A DNA stretch of 50,148 nt from Candidatus Woesearchaeota archaeon (GTDB lineage: Archaea; Nanobdellota; Nanobdellia; Woesearchaeales; SKIA01): the NCBI GenBank assembly GCA_007116645.1, contig SKIA01000076.1:1-50148 (forward strand). The letters run 5' to 3'. A program made the translations under genes and the position numbers. The notes below the pieces were generated by a model. That model ran no database searches. It worked only from the letters and a program-made list of their open reading frames with translations, and had not been told where the DNA came from. Every line of letters starts with the position of its first letter. Within the stretch, counting starts at the first letter, position 1. Shown in pieces: positions 42,747 to 50,148 of this stretch.

Positions 42747-43033
42747 ACCGACTAGCAAAAATAATACACGGGCTAGGAGAACGAGAACTCGATCTCATAC
42801 AAAAAGACCTTGACGCAGGAAACATCGAAAGACTTATAGCGCAAAGACGCAAACAATTGAGTATTCCGCGCGAATCAATTTGTCCCGTCTGCGGACAAGA
42901 AGTAGGCAAAAATGAGCACCTCTTGCTTGAATTCGGTCCACAAGACCTCAGGCAACGAGCAGTGTTTGACGCTCCAGACTGCTTAAAATACTTCGTGGAG
43001 GAACGGCTAGTAAAGCATGAACAAAAGAGGTGA
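42743..43033 (+). CDS. Small hypothetical protein with a CPVC knuckle
   Basis: 96 aa with ATGA overlap to the regulator gene. Only three Cys (CPVC plus one). No family recognised. Confidence 0.5.
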   Translation: MNRLAKIIHGLGERELDLIQKDLDAGNIERLIAQRRKQLSIPRESICPVCGQEVGKNEHLLLEFGPQDLRQRAVFDAPDCLKYFVEERLVKHEQKR

Positions 43034-43487
43034 AGTGGGAAGGAGAGGACTGTCTCCGTTAATAGCAACAATAATTCTTATAGCATTTGCTGCGGCTCTT
43101 GGAACCCTTATTATGAGCTGGGCCGTGCCCTCGCAACAACCAACCGCAATCACCGATCCGTGCCGAGGAGTACAAATAGAACTCCAACAACTGCCCGGAG
43201 CAAACGCGATCTGCTACAGTCAAAACACCCGAGAAATACGATTCTTAGTAAAAAACTCAGGAGAAATACCCATCCACTCACTACGTCTTCGAGCAGTAAA
43301 CAGACAACTAGAACTCACGGAACGAGACGTACGAGCAGACCTTGATATCGGTGCTGCAGGAAGCTTTGGCCTTGCCTACGAAACAGCAAGCCCAAACAAC
43401 ATCGCAGTAAGCCTGACGCCCATCCTCCAAGGAGGACGAGCGTGCCCAAGCGCGGAAATAGAACAAGCGCCCCTGCCGCTGTGCTAG
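43017..43487 (+). CDS. Archaeal type IV pilin-like protein (class III signal peptide)
   Basis: MNKRGEVGRRG|LSPLIATIILIAFAAALGTLI is the canonical archaeal prepilin motif, (K/R)G followed by LSP(V/L)IAT and a hydrophobic helix. Confidence 0.85.
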   Translation: MNKRGEVGRRGLSPLIATIILIAFAAALGTLIMSWAVPSQQPTAITDPCRGVQIELQQLPGANAICYSQNTREIRFLVKNSGEIPIHSLRLRAVNRQLELTERDVRADLDIGAAGSFGLAYETASPNNIAVSLTPILQGGRACPSAEIEQAPLPLC

Positions 43488-43493
43488 CGGAGG

Positions 43494-43501
43494 ATATAAA
43501 A
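43494..43501 (+). promoter_or_regulatory. TATA box ATATAAAA, 23 nt upstream of ATG 43525
   Basis: Spacing rule. Confidence 0.5.
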
Positions 43502-43524
43502 CTTCTACCCTCTTTCTCAAACAT

Positions 43525-44304
43525 ATGCGCATCACACTAGACCTTGAACAAACGCTGGAAGAAAACGCTCAAAACTATTTTGAGAGTGCAAAAAAAGCCC
43601 GCAAAAAACAACAAGGAGCAAAAGAAGCACTCAAAGTAACAGAGCAACTGCTCACACAAGAACAACAACGAACAGCACAAGCAAAGATGCGCGCAGAGCT
43701 CAAAAAGCCAGAAACACACTGGTACCACAAATATCGCTGGAGCAAAACAAGAAACGGTCACTTGCTCATTGCAGGACAAAACGCAGCGGCAAACGAAACA
43801 CTCATCAAACACCACACACAAGCACAAGACCTCGTATTTCACACAGACATGGCAGGATCACCCTTTACCATTCTCAAACCAGAAGGAGAAGTAACACAAG
43901 AAGACCTACACGACGCAGCAGTCTTTACAGCGTGCTACTCAAAAGCGTGGAGCAAAGGACTTGCAAGCCTAGAAGTATTTTACGTCAAGCCAGAACAAGT
44001 AACTAAGCAAGCACAAGCAGGAGAATACCTTGCGAAAGGAAGCTTTATGATACGAGGAGACACGACATACATCAATGCCCCAGTAGAACTTGGCATAGGA
44101 GTGATTAAGCGAGAAGGAGTAGTTCCAGAAGTATTTGTTGCAAGCAAAGAAAGCTGTGAAAAAAACGCTCAAGAACACGTCATCATCATCCCTGGAGATA
44201 TAAAAACAAGCGACGTGGCAAAAACCCTCAAAAAACGCTTTGGAGCAGATCTTGACGCTCTTGTCAAAGCAATACCTGCCGGCAAAACCAAGATACGCAT
44301 ATAA
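43525..44304 (+). CDS. Stand-alone coiled-coil plus NFACT-R (DUF814) domain protein (RqcH/Tae2 C-terminal-half-like)
   Basis: NAQNYFESAKKARKK coiled coil, then YRWSKTRNGHLLIAGQNAAANETLIKHHTQAQDLVFHTDMAGSPFTILK, which matches the DUF814 core (G..i.vGrNa.eNe.L....D.wfHa...gs). No NFACT-N region is present. Confidence 0.7.
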   Translation: MRITLDLEQTLEENAQNYFESAKKARKKQQGAKEALKVTEQLLTQEQQRTAQAKMRAELKKPETHWYHKYRWSKTRNGHLLIAGQNAAANETLIKHHTQAQDLVFHTDMAGSPFTILKPEGEVTQEDLHDAAVFTACYSKAWSKGLASLEVFYVKPEQVTKQAQAGEYLAKGSFMIRGDTTYINAPVELGIGVIKREGVVPEVFVASKESCEKNAQEHVIIIPGDIKTSDVAKTLKKRFGADLDALVKAIPAGKTKIRI

Positions 44305-44305
44305 A
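44298..44305 (+). promoter_or_regulatory. TATA-like box CATATAAA, 21 nt upstream of ATG 44327; contains the upstream stop codon
   Basis: Spacing rule. Confidence 0.45.
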
Positions 44306-44326
44306 CAACGCCACTCTTCTTATCAT

Positions 44327-44551
44327 ATGACAATAGTCCATATCCGCGTAGGCAAAGCAGGCATCACACAAGGACTCATCGATGAAATACAAAGACAAAT
44401 CATCGATACAGACCCACTGACTGTGAAGATGATGCAAAACTTTCGTGAAACACAAGACCGCAAGCAAGCAGCGCAAGAACTCGCAGACAAAACAGAAACG
44501 CGCATACAAAAATTTGTTGGCGGAACACTCATTCTGACGCGAAAGCATTAA
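44327..44551 (+). CDS. CRM-domain RNA-binding protein (YhbY family)
   Basis: HIRVGKAGITQGLIDEIQRQI...LTVKMMQN...ELADKTETRIQKFVGGTLILTRK follows the YhbY/CRS1 pattern. Start trimmed to ATG 44327. Confidence 0.7.
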   Translation: MTIVHIRVGKAGITQGLIDEIQRQIIDTDPLTVKMMQNFRETQDRKQAAQELADKTETRIQKFVGGTLILTRKH

Positions 44552-44554
44552 AAA
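44547..44554 (+). promoter_or_regulatory. TATA-like box ATTAAAAA, 22 nt upstream of ATG 44577; contains the YhbY stop codon
   Basis: Spacing rule. Confidence 0.5.
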
Positions 44555-44576
44555 CACATTCCACGCCAGAAAAGGT

Positions 44577-46106
44577 ATGGGTGAGACGCGAAAACTCCTC
44601 TTCACACACGGCTTTATCTCAAAAAGCGGCGCAGAATACGCTGCTATGACAAAAAAAGAACGAGAAAAAAAGCTTAAACAAGCAGGTGAAGAAGGAAAAC
44701 AAGACTTGTACGGGCACGCAGACGTCGAGCTCTTAGAGACAGCTGACGGATACTTCTCAGAAACAAACTACCCAAACAGCCTCGGACATCTCAAACTCGT
44801 GTGGGAATCAGGACACACAGGAGTAGAAGACAGCTACTTTTGGATGTTAGAACACCTCCGACAAGACAGAGGATTCACACACATCATCAAAATAACAGAC
44901 CTATACGCAGCATCAGAAGCAAGCGCGTTTTGGGGAAACCAACAACAACGCATCTCAGCACAACAAAACAACGCACAAGGACTTCTTGCAAACATCGGAA
45001 AATTTGTCAAAGAACTCTTTCAAATGGTGCGAGAACTAAGAATAATAGATGAGCGCTTAGAAATGTATGAAGCATGGAGCAGAAAACAAGAAGACGGCTC
45101 ATACAAACGCTCAAAAGCAGCAGATGTCACGCTCAAAAGCCTGTTTACAGATCAAGTAGAAGGAGGAACAAAAAACCCGCAAAGCGTGTTCGGCCTTGCA
45201 ACCACGGTAGGATTTACTATTCTACCAGACCTGTTCTTTAACACGCACGTATATAGCGTTGATGAAATGGAAAAACGAGTAGAAGAACTCGACGTGAACA
45301 CCTCTGTAAAAAACATGCTGAAAAGAAAACTCTACCAATTTCTAATCTGGAGAGAAAAAACGCACAAAGAACTTGCTAACAGAAGAAGATTCAACATCAG
45401 CTACCTTAGGCAACACTGGAGCATTATCCAAACATACATGAGCTGGGCTAAACCTTACCTGAAAAACTTAAAACGCATACAAATGCGACAAGACATAGAC
45501 GAAGACCCAACCATCATCTCAAGCTTTGACCAATCAATCACAGAAGTAGAAATACTCGCAAAACACGCGCCCAAAGGAAACGTTTGGCCGGTGGTTATCA
45601 TCAACTTTACCTTCCGCACACGGCCAGACATGAACATAAGAAAAGAATACCAACAAGGACCCTCGCACATGGGACGTTTGGAAATGAACTTTCGCTCATA
45701 TGCATGGACAGAAGAAAAAATTCAAGCATACAAACAAATGCGTGCAGAAGAAGACCTTGAACTACTCGGAATGCTTGACAGCAGCCTCGTAGCAGTCATG
45801 GACGGACTTGGAGATGATTTTAAACGATACTTAGAAGAAATCGATCCTGCCAAAGTAGAAGAAACAAAGGATGAGAAAAAGAAAAAGCGCGCACACAAAC
45901 AAGACATCATAGACACTTTTGACCCATTCATAGCCATCTTTGGGGGTTTTGGAGAAATGTTTAGCATCTTTGTACCAAGAAAATCAGCCAGAAAAGCTTC
46001 AGGACCAAAAACAGGCGATGTTAAAGGCGCAGAAGGAATTGCTAAAACACAAATGTTTCTGAGCTGGCACATCTTCAAAAAAGCAAAAAAAATGATTGCA
46101 TGGTAA
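44577..46106 (+). CDS. Hypothetical 509-aa protein, no recognisable family
   Basis: Long ORF with host-like composition. It has no P-loop and no clear TM, is largely helical, and ends in a basic/hydrophobic C-terminus (FDPFIAIFGGFGEMFSIFVP...HIFKKAKKMIAW). Confidence 0.65.
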   Translation: MGETRKLLFTHGFISKSGAEYAAMTKKEREKKLKQAGEEGKQDLYGHADVELLETADGYFSETNYPNSLGHLKLVWESGHTGVEDSYFWMLEHLRQDRGFTHIIKITDLYAASEASAFWGNQQQRISAQQNNAQGLLANIGKFVKELFQMVRELRIIDERLEMYEAWSRKQEDGSYKRSKAADVTLKSLFTDQVEGGTKNPQSVFGLATTVGFTILPDLFFNTHVYSVDEMEKRVEELDVNTSVKNMLKRKLYQFLIWREKTHKELANRRRFNISYLRQHWSIIQTYMSWAKPYLKNLKRIQMRQDIDEDPTIISSFDQSITEVEILAKHAPKGNVWPVVIINFTFRTRPDMNIRKEYQQGPSHMGRLEMNFRSYAWTEEKIQAYKQMRAEEDLELLGMLDSSLVAVMDGLGDDFKRYLEEIDPAKVEETKDEKKKKRAHKQDIIDTFDPFIAIFGGFGEMFSIFVPRKSARKASGPKTGDVKGAEGIAKTQMFLSWHIFKKAKKMIAW

Positions 46107-46113
46107 CGTTACT

Positions 46114-46121
46114 TCTATAAA
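46114..46121 (+). promoter_or_regulatory. TATA-like box TCTATAAA, 22 nt upstream of ATG 46144
   Basis: Spacing rule. Supports ATG 46144 over the TTG at 46096. Confidence 0.45.
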
Positions 46122-46143
46122 CTTAGGATACCATAGCACAGAC

Positions 46144-46722
46144 ATGTCCTTTTCGCCACACGAAAAACTACGCGCTCTTGAAGACGTGCTTCGAAAAAAA
46201 GAAGCTGAAAAAAAAGATGCCGAAAAAAAAGCACGCCAAACAGAAGAGGAAGTAAAAAAACTCCGAGCAGCACTTCGAGCAGAACAAGAAGAAGTCCTCA
46301 TAGAAGAAGAGCTTGCAAACACTAAAGAACAGCCAAAACGAGAAGAACCACAAGAGCCTCAAGAAGAAAACAAACCGTTTAGTATTGATGAACTCGTACA
46401 AGACGCGCCCAAAAACCAACAACTAGGAGGAGCACTCTACGCTTTGCAAGAAAGAATGCGTGGAGGAATGAACTTGTACGAAATGACGCAAACAGCACAA
46501 GCACTCACTTCTTTGAGGCAAGAAAACGCTCTTACACAAAACCAATACAACATCCTTAACGAATTTGAAGAACAACTCCAACAACGAGGAGTACAAACAG
46601 GGTATTCGGACCAAGCACAACTCTACGCAAGACAAGCAACCGAAACCATCGAAAATATTAAGCAATCAATGGGCGTAAAAATCGGAAACACGTATCACGA
46701 CACGAGCGACTTGATACAATGA
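46144..46722 (+). CDS. Hypothetical coiled-coil protein (192 aa)
   Basis: Charged heptad-like N-terminus (LRKKEAEKKDAEKKARQTEEEVKKLRAALRAEQEE), an acidic linker and a Q-rich helical C-terminus. Confidence 0.6.
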   Translation: MSFSPHEKLRALEDVLRKKEAEKKDAEKKARQTEEEVKKLRAALRAEQEEVLIEEELANTKEQPKREEPQEPQEENKPFSIDELVQDAPKNQQLGGALYALQERMRGGMNLYEMTQTAQALTSLRQENALTQNQYNILNEFEEQLQQRGVQTGYSDQAQLYARQATETIENIKQSMGVKIGNTYHDTSDLIQ

Positions 46723-46723
46723 A

Positions 46724-46731
46724 TTTTTAAA
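46724..46731 (+). promoter_or_regulatory. TATA-like box TTTTTAAA, 22 nt upstream of ATG 46754
   Basis: Spacing rule. Confidence 0.5.
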
Positions 46732-46753
46732 GAACAAAAACGAAATATCACTT

Positions 46754-48820
46754 ATGCCGCCGCCTAAGTACTTGCAACCAGACTACATGGGAGCAATGGA
46801 TATGTCAAGCTATTTTCAAGGACTTGACGCGTTTGGGCCAACATATTCTCCGACAAACCATCCTGAAACAAGCTTTGAGAACTCAGGACTTACGCCAACA
46901 GACCTGGGAACAACTGCAAACCCTATGGTAAACCAACTCCAAGAGTTGCAAGCAAAAATCAAGATGGGTGTCAACAAACTCGAGCTTGGAGTGTCAGGAA
47001 GAGGAAAAGGATCAGCACAACAACCAACACCAGAAAGTTATAGCGCAGAAGAACGATTGATGATGCGAAAACTCGCAGAAATAAACAAGATCAAAACCTC
47101 AACCCACGCGACCTTTACCGTCCAAGGACTTGCAGGTATGGCTCAAGGAGGCTTTTCACGGCAAGCACAAGACCAAACAGTAAAGGAAGTACAAAAAGCA
47201 ATAGACTTTGCAAAAGACGCCACCACAGGAGGAGCAGTAGTCGTGCACGTGGGTGAGTGGCAACGACCAATAAGCCACTACTTTGGGGATGGAAAAGACA
47301 AAGCAGGAGCCACGTTTAAACAATGGGAGAACGAGTCGGACGATGAAATGTTTATTGTTGCTGATGAGAAAACAGGCGAATTCGTCCAAGGAGTAAACAA
47401 GAAAGGACTCATAGAGCTTCCGAAATATCAAACTGCTCAAGACGTGGGAATATCAGCTCCAAAACAAGGAGTAGACCTTGACGGAAACCCGGTAACAATC
47501 AACCCAGGTGACTTTGTGACGCTTGACGGAAAAAAGATTGATGAAACAAACCCTGACCACTTGTTTAGGCGAGTACCGAAATGGGATTCAGGAAAAACGC
47601 GCTTTGAAACAGAAACACTAGACTGGAAAGAAATCGAGCGCAGAGCAAAAGATTACAACCTAAAAAATCCTGAGGCAAGAAACCTTAAGCCAGAAGAATA
47701 TTACGCACAACTCATGCTGGAAAACCAGATCTTGCAAGCACGAGGAGGAAGCCTGTTTCACGGACAACAATACGACGAATTACAAAAAATTTATGGCGAA
47801 TTCACTGCTTTACTAAAAAAATACGAAGAACTCGGAGAAGGACTGTCTGAAGAAGAAAAAAAAGAATTGCTCGGACGAGTTATTCCGAAAAGTAGACGCT
47901 ACGATACATCACTTCTTCCCGAAGAGAGAGGAACAACAGAACAATACATCAGAGGACAGCTTGACGACATCGAAAAAAGTATGCGTCACATTCACGAAAG
48001 CTCAGCATCAGCAGACGCTCGCGCATCAGAAATGGAGCAACGACGACAGCGCCTTCGAACCATTGAAGACGTAGGGCTGAAACGAACAGGAGAAGCGCTG
48101 GGAAGACTAGGAGTTGAAGCGATGGAAAAAAGCCGAATCGCAAAACAGATGCGCGGAAAAGGAGAAAAATTCGAAGACATCTACATCGCGCCAGAAAACA
48201 TGTTTCCCGGAGAATACGGGGGACACCCAACAGAGCTACTAAACATCGTAAAAGCAGGACGAGAAAACTTCATAAAAATAGCTATGGAACGAGACAAACT
48301 CGGCCAAGCAGAAGCAGAAGCGCTTGCAAAAAAACACATCAAAACAACCATTGACATCGGACACCTCAACTTATGGAGAAGTCTCATGGACAAAAAACCT
48401 GGTGAATCAGAAGAAGCATTCCAAAACCGCTTTGACAACTGGATGACAGGACACCTCGAAGAACTCCACAAAGAACAAGCAATCGGACACTTACACCTCA
48501 CAGACAACTTTGGATACGGAGATGAGCACTTAACGCCAGGACAAGGAAACGCTCCAATAAAGAAATTCGTAAACTGGATGCAAGACAAAGGATACAAAGA
48601 CTTCATCGTAGAAGTAGGAAGCTTTAACGCAAACAGCACAATGTTTGACACCTGGGCATACCTCGGAGCAGCCCCCTGGAAAGCAACGGGTGCTGGAAAA
48701 CAAAATTTTCAGCGAATGCAAAACGCACAAGCAGGACTTTACGCGCCACCAAACTATATCGTAGGCGCATCCGTTCCGTCAAATGAGTGGACGCTATGGA
48801 CGGGAGTTCCGCTAGAATAA
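46754..48820 (+). CDS. Xylose-isomerase-like TIM-barrel (AP endonuclease 2 fold) protein interrupted by a ~300-aa helical insertion
   Basis: Barrel boxes appear in order: GAVVVHVGEW, IYIAPEN, TTIDIGHLN, then IGHLHLTDNFGYGDEHLTPGQGNAPIKKFVNWMQDKGYKDFIVEV. The stretch from ~nt 47261 to 48178 between the second-half boxes has no counterpart in ordinary family members. Assignment rests on motif memory only. Confidence 0.6.
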   Translation: MPPPKYLQPDYMGAMDMSSYFQGLDAFGPTYSPTNHPETSFENSGLTPTDLGTTANPMVNQLQELQAKIKMGVNKLELGVSGRGKGSAQQPTPESYSAEERLMMRKLAEINKIKTSTHATFTVQGLAGMAQGGFSRQAQDQTVKEVQKAIDFAKDATTGGAVVVHVGEWQRPISHYFGDGKDKAGATFKQWENESDDEMFIVADEKTGEFVQGVNKKGLIELPKYQTAQDVGISAPKQGVDLDGNPVTINPGDFVTLDGKKIDETNPDHLFRRVPKWDSGKTRFETETLDWKEIERRAKDYNLKNPEARNLKPEEYYAQLMLENQILQARGGSLFHGQQYDELQKIYGEFTALLKKYEELGEGLSEEEKKELLGRVIPKSRRYDTSLLPEERGTTEQYIRGQLDDIEKSMRHIHESSASADARASEMEQRRQRLRTIEDVGLKRTGEALGRLGVEAMEKSRIAKQMRGKGEKFEDIYIAPENMFPGEYGGHPTELLNIVKAGRENFIKIAMERDKLGQAEAEALAKKHIKTTIDIGHLNLWRSLMDKKPGESEEAFQNRFDNWMTGHLEELHKEQAIGHLHLTDNFGYGDEHLTPGQGNAPIKKFVNWMQDKGYKDFIVEVGSFNANSTMFDTWAYLGAAPWKATGAGKQNFQRMQNAQAGLYAPPNYIVGASVPSNEWTLWTGVPLE

Positions 48821-49153
48821 GCGAAAGTAATCCCTCCTATCTGTTTCAAACAGATCTTTTCTTGGGTCTCGTTGATTTTCACGTTCAAAATCTCTGCAGG
48901 TAGCACAGCCAAGTTGTGCGCCGAGAAACGTGAGAGTTTCGTATGGTGCCTGAGGAACTACATCAGGTACTTTTATCTCTGTTCGAGTATATGTTGGTGT
49001 GCAATTATTTACTGTGCGAAAATATTCAGCAGTGTTGGTTATTGCAGCTATCACTAACCCTCCATAAACGATTTTTTTTCCCGTGTTCCATAAGTGCTCT
49101 TTACCCCATCGACGCTCTCGTGTCGGAGGAACAAGGACGAGTTTTTTTGTCAT
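48812..49153 (-). CDS. Hypothetical small membrane protein (113 aa)
   Basis: Start trimmed to ATG 49153, 22 nt from the shared TATA box. One TM (IVYGGLVIAAITNTA). Confidence 0.45.
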   Translation of the reverse strand: MTKKLVLVPPTRERRWGKEHLWNTGKKIVYGGLVIAAITNTAEYFRTVNNCTPTYTRTEIKVPDVVPQAPYETLTFLGAQLGCATCRDFERENQRDPRKDLFETDRRDYFRLF

Positions 49154-49175
49154 ACGCGAGTGGTAAATGCACAGC

Positions 49176-49184
49176 ATTTATAAA
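49176..49184. promoter_or_regulatory. Shared bidirectional TATA box ATTTATAAA
   Basis: Lies 22 nt from ATG 49153 (minus strand) and 21 nt from ATG 49206 (plus strand). Confidence 0.5.
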
Positions 49185-49205
49185 CCTTGCCGTGTGCTAT
49201 TGTAC

Positions 49206-50148
49206 ATGGAAGACAAGTACAAAAACGCACTAAACCACATAGAAACATACTGGGAATCAGTTACGTACCACATTACAGAAACCAACGGAATACAAATTGG
49301 ACTGCCACACCCATTTGTTGCGCCATGCCACACGCCAGTCTTTGAAGGACAACAATTCTACTGGGACAGCTACTTTACTATCATAGGGCTTGTCGTGACA
49401 AAAAGAGCAACCCTTGCGAAAGGAATGATTGACAACTTCGTCCACTTATTCACACAATATGGCATCATGCCCATGAGAAACAGACTTTACAACCTCGGAG
49501 GATCGCAACCACCATTTCTCACACAAATGATCAAAGAAGTCGCACCACACGTCTTAGATGATGAATGGGAAGCATACGCATACGAGATCGCAGCACAAGA
49601 ACTTGCGACCTACTGGAAGAGCGAAGCAATACCTGAACACCACCTCGCATACAACGGACTCTCGCGCTACTGTGACCACTACGTCACACACGCAACAGCA
49701 GAACACGAGAGCGGACAAGATATGACAAGCAGATTCTCTGATAACTGCCTGCACTACCTGCCCGTGGATCTTAACAGCTTTTTGTACCGATACGAAAAAG
49801 ACCTCGAAGAATACTACGCAAGGACAGGAAACAAAACAAAGGCCAGCGAGTATCGTGAAATGGCAGAGCAGCGACGGCAAGCAATGCAATGCATGTGGAA
49901 CGAAGAAGAAGGATTCTTCTTTGACTACGACTACATCCACCAAGCACAAAGCACATTCTTCACGCTCGCAGGATACGCACCGCTGTGGAGCGGGCTTGCA
50001 ACACAAGAACAAGCACAACGAGCAGCACAACACCTCTACCAATTCGAGCACTCAGGAGGACTTGCAATGACACAAGATAGCGGCCTCTCAAGCGAGTTTC
50101 GCCAATGGGACTACCCCAATGGCTGGCCAAACTTTCACTGGCTGGTAA
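49206..50148 (+). CDS. Trehalase, GH37 family (3' end outside window)
   Basis: My own translation from ATG 49206 is open to the window end. It contains QFYWDSYFTIIGL, GGSQPPFL, ESGQDMTSRF and QWDYPNGWPN, which match the GH37 signature regions (QFYWDSYF; ESGWD.SSRF; DYPNGWAP). The ORF is missing from the track because it has no stop codon. Confidence 0.85.
   Translation, partial: MEDKYKNALNHIETYWESVTYHITETNGIQIGLPHPFVAPCHTPVFEGQQFYWDSYFTIIGLVVTKRATLAKGMIDNFVHLFTQYGIMPMRNRLYNLGGSQPPFLTQMIKEVAPHVLDDEWEAYAYEIAAQELATYWKSEAIPEHHLAYNGLSRYCDHYVTHATAEHESGQDMTSRFSDNCLHYLPVDLNSFLYRYEKDLEEYYARTGNKTKASEYREMAEQRRQAMQCMWNEEEGFFFDYDYIHQAQSTFFTLAGYAPLWSGLATQEQAQRAAQHLYQFEHSGGLAMTQDSGLSSEFRQWDYPNGWPNFHWLV

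Noticed and set aside
44577-48820. Portal-scaffold-major capsid head module of an integrated virus
   Set aside because: No terminase, protease, tail or integrase genes are present and composition is host-like. The flanks are housekeeping genes, and the third protein has TIM-barrel metal-site boxes rather than a capsid-like sequence.
48181-50051. Minus-strand ORFs 48181-48651 and 49554-50051 (about 160 aa each)
   Set aside because: They are antisense to the TIM-barrel gene and to the GH37 trehalase, both of which carry strong family motifs. Their translations are Cys/Phe/Ser/Val-rich and not protein-like.
1-50148. tRNA, rRNA, C/D-box sRNA, RNase P or SRP RNA genes, and CRISPR arrays
   Set aside because: The largest non-coding gaps are about 150-240 nt (8742-8894, 10623-10854, 11647-11886, 28152-28297). 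By eye they show no cloverleaf-compatible stems, conserved T-loop (GGTTCGAAT-like) sequences or repeat-spacer structure. A covariance-model scan would be needed for certainty.

Overview
Archaeal chromosomal segment, probably from a small-genome, DPANN-like lineage (lineage is inference). Archaeal hallmarks are TFS, archaeal-type CMP kinase, a class I CCA-adding enzyme, the conserved PIN-rpoE'-spt4-S24e-S27ae cluster, a Sec11-type signal peptidase and a pilin with a class III signal peptide. A/T-rich TATA-like boxes sit 21-24 nt upstream of many start codons, implying leaderless mRNAs, and GAGGTGA Shine-Dalgarno sites occur inside operons. By eye I found no rRNA, tRNA, CRISPR array, transposase, integrase or reverse transcriptase. 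Layout: (1) 3-6092, a compositionally inverted (T/G-rich) 5'-partial ORF followed by a 1615-aa Cys-rich secreted giant with no Lys after its signal peptide. (2) 6.1-7.7 kb, signal peptidase, TFS and cmk. (3) 7.8-14 kb, an accessory islet with an MNT-HEPN pair, an RHH/RelE-like pair and orphan ORFs. (4) 14-16.2 kb, a VWA plus MoxR/ChlI AAA+ pair. (5) 17-21.2 kb, housekeeping genes (DUF368, cca, rpoE' cluster). (6) 22-34 kb, an island of six surface proteins with a signal peptide and a C-terminal anchor (DUF11/CARDB-like, PKD, QW-repeat alpha/alpha toroid, one with very many N-glycosylation sequons) plus a wHTH gene. (7) 33.9-42 kb, a glycogen locus: a debranching enzyme and a six-gene operon (GT4/5-like GT, GH57, two unknown paralogs, a eukaryote-type GT3 glycogen synthase, a small membrane protein). 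(8) 42.1-43.5 kb, an ArsR-small protein-pilin operon. (9) 43.5-48.8 kb, a stand-alone NFACT-R protein, YhbY, and an unknown trio that includes a TIM barrel with a roughly 300-aa insertion. (10) A partial GH37 trehalase at the window end. Coding strands are strongly A/C-rich, so many long antisense or off-frame ORFs in the supplied track are artefacts.
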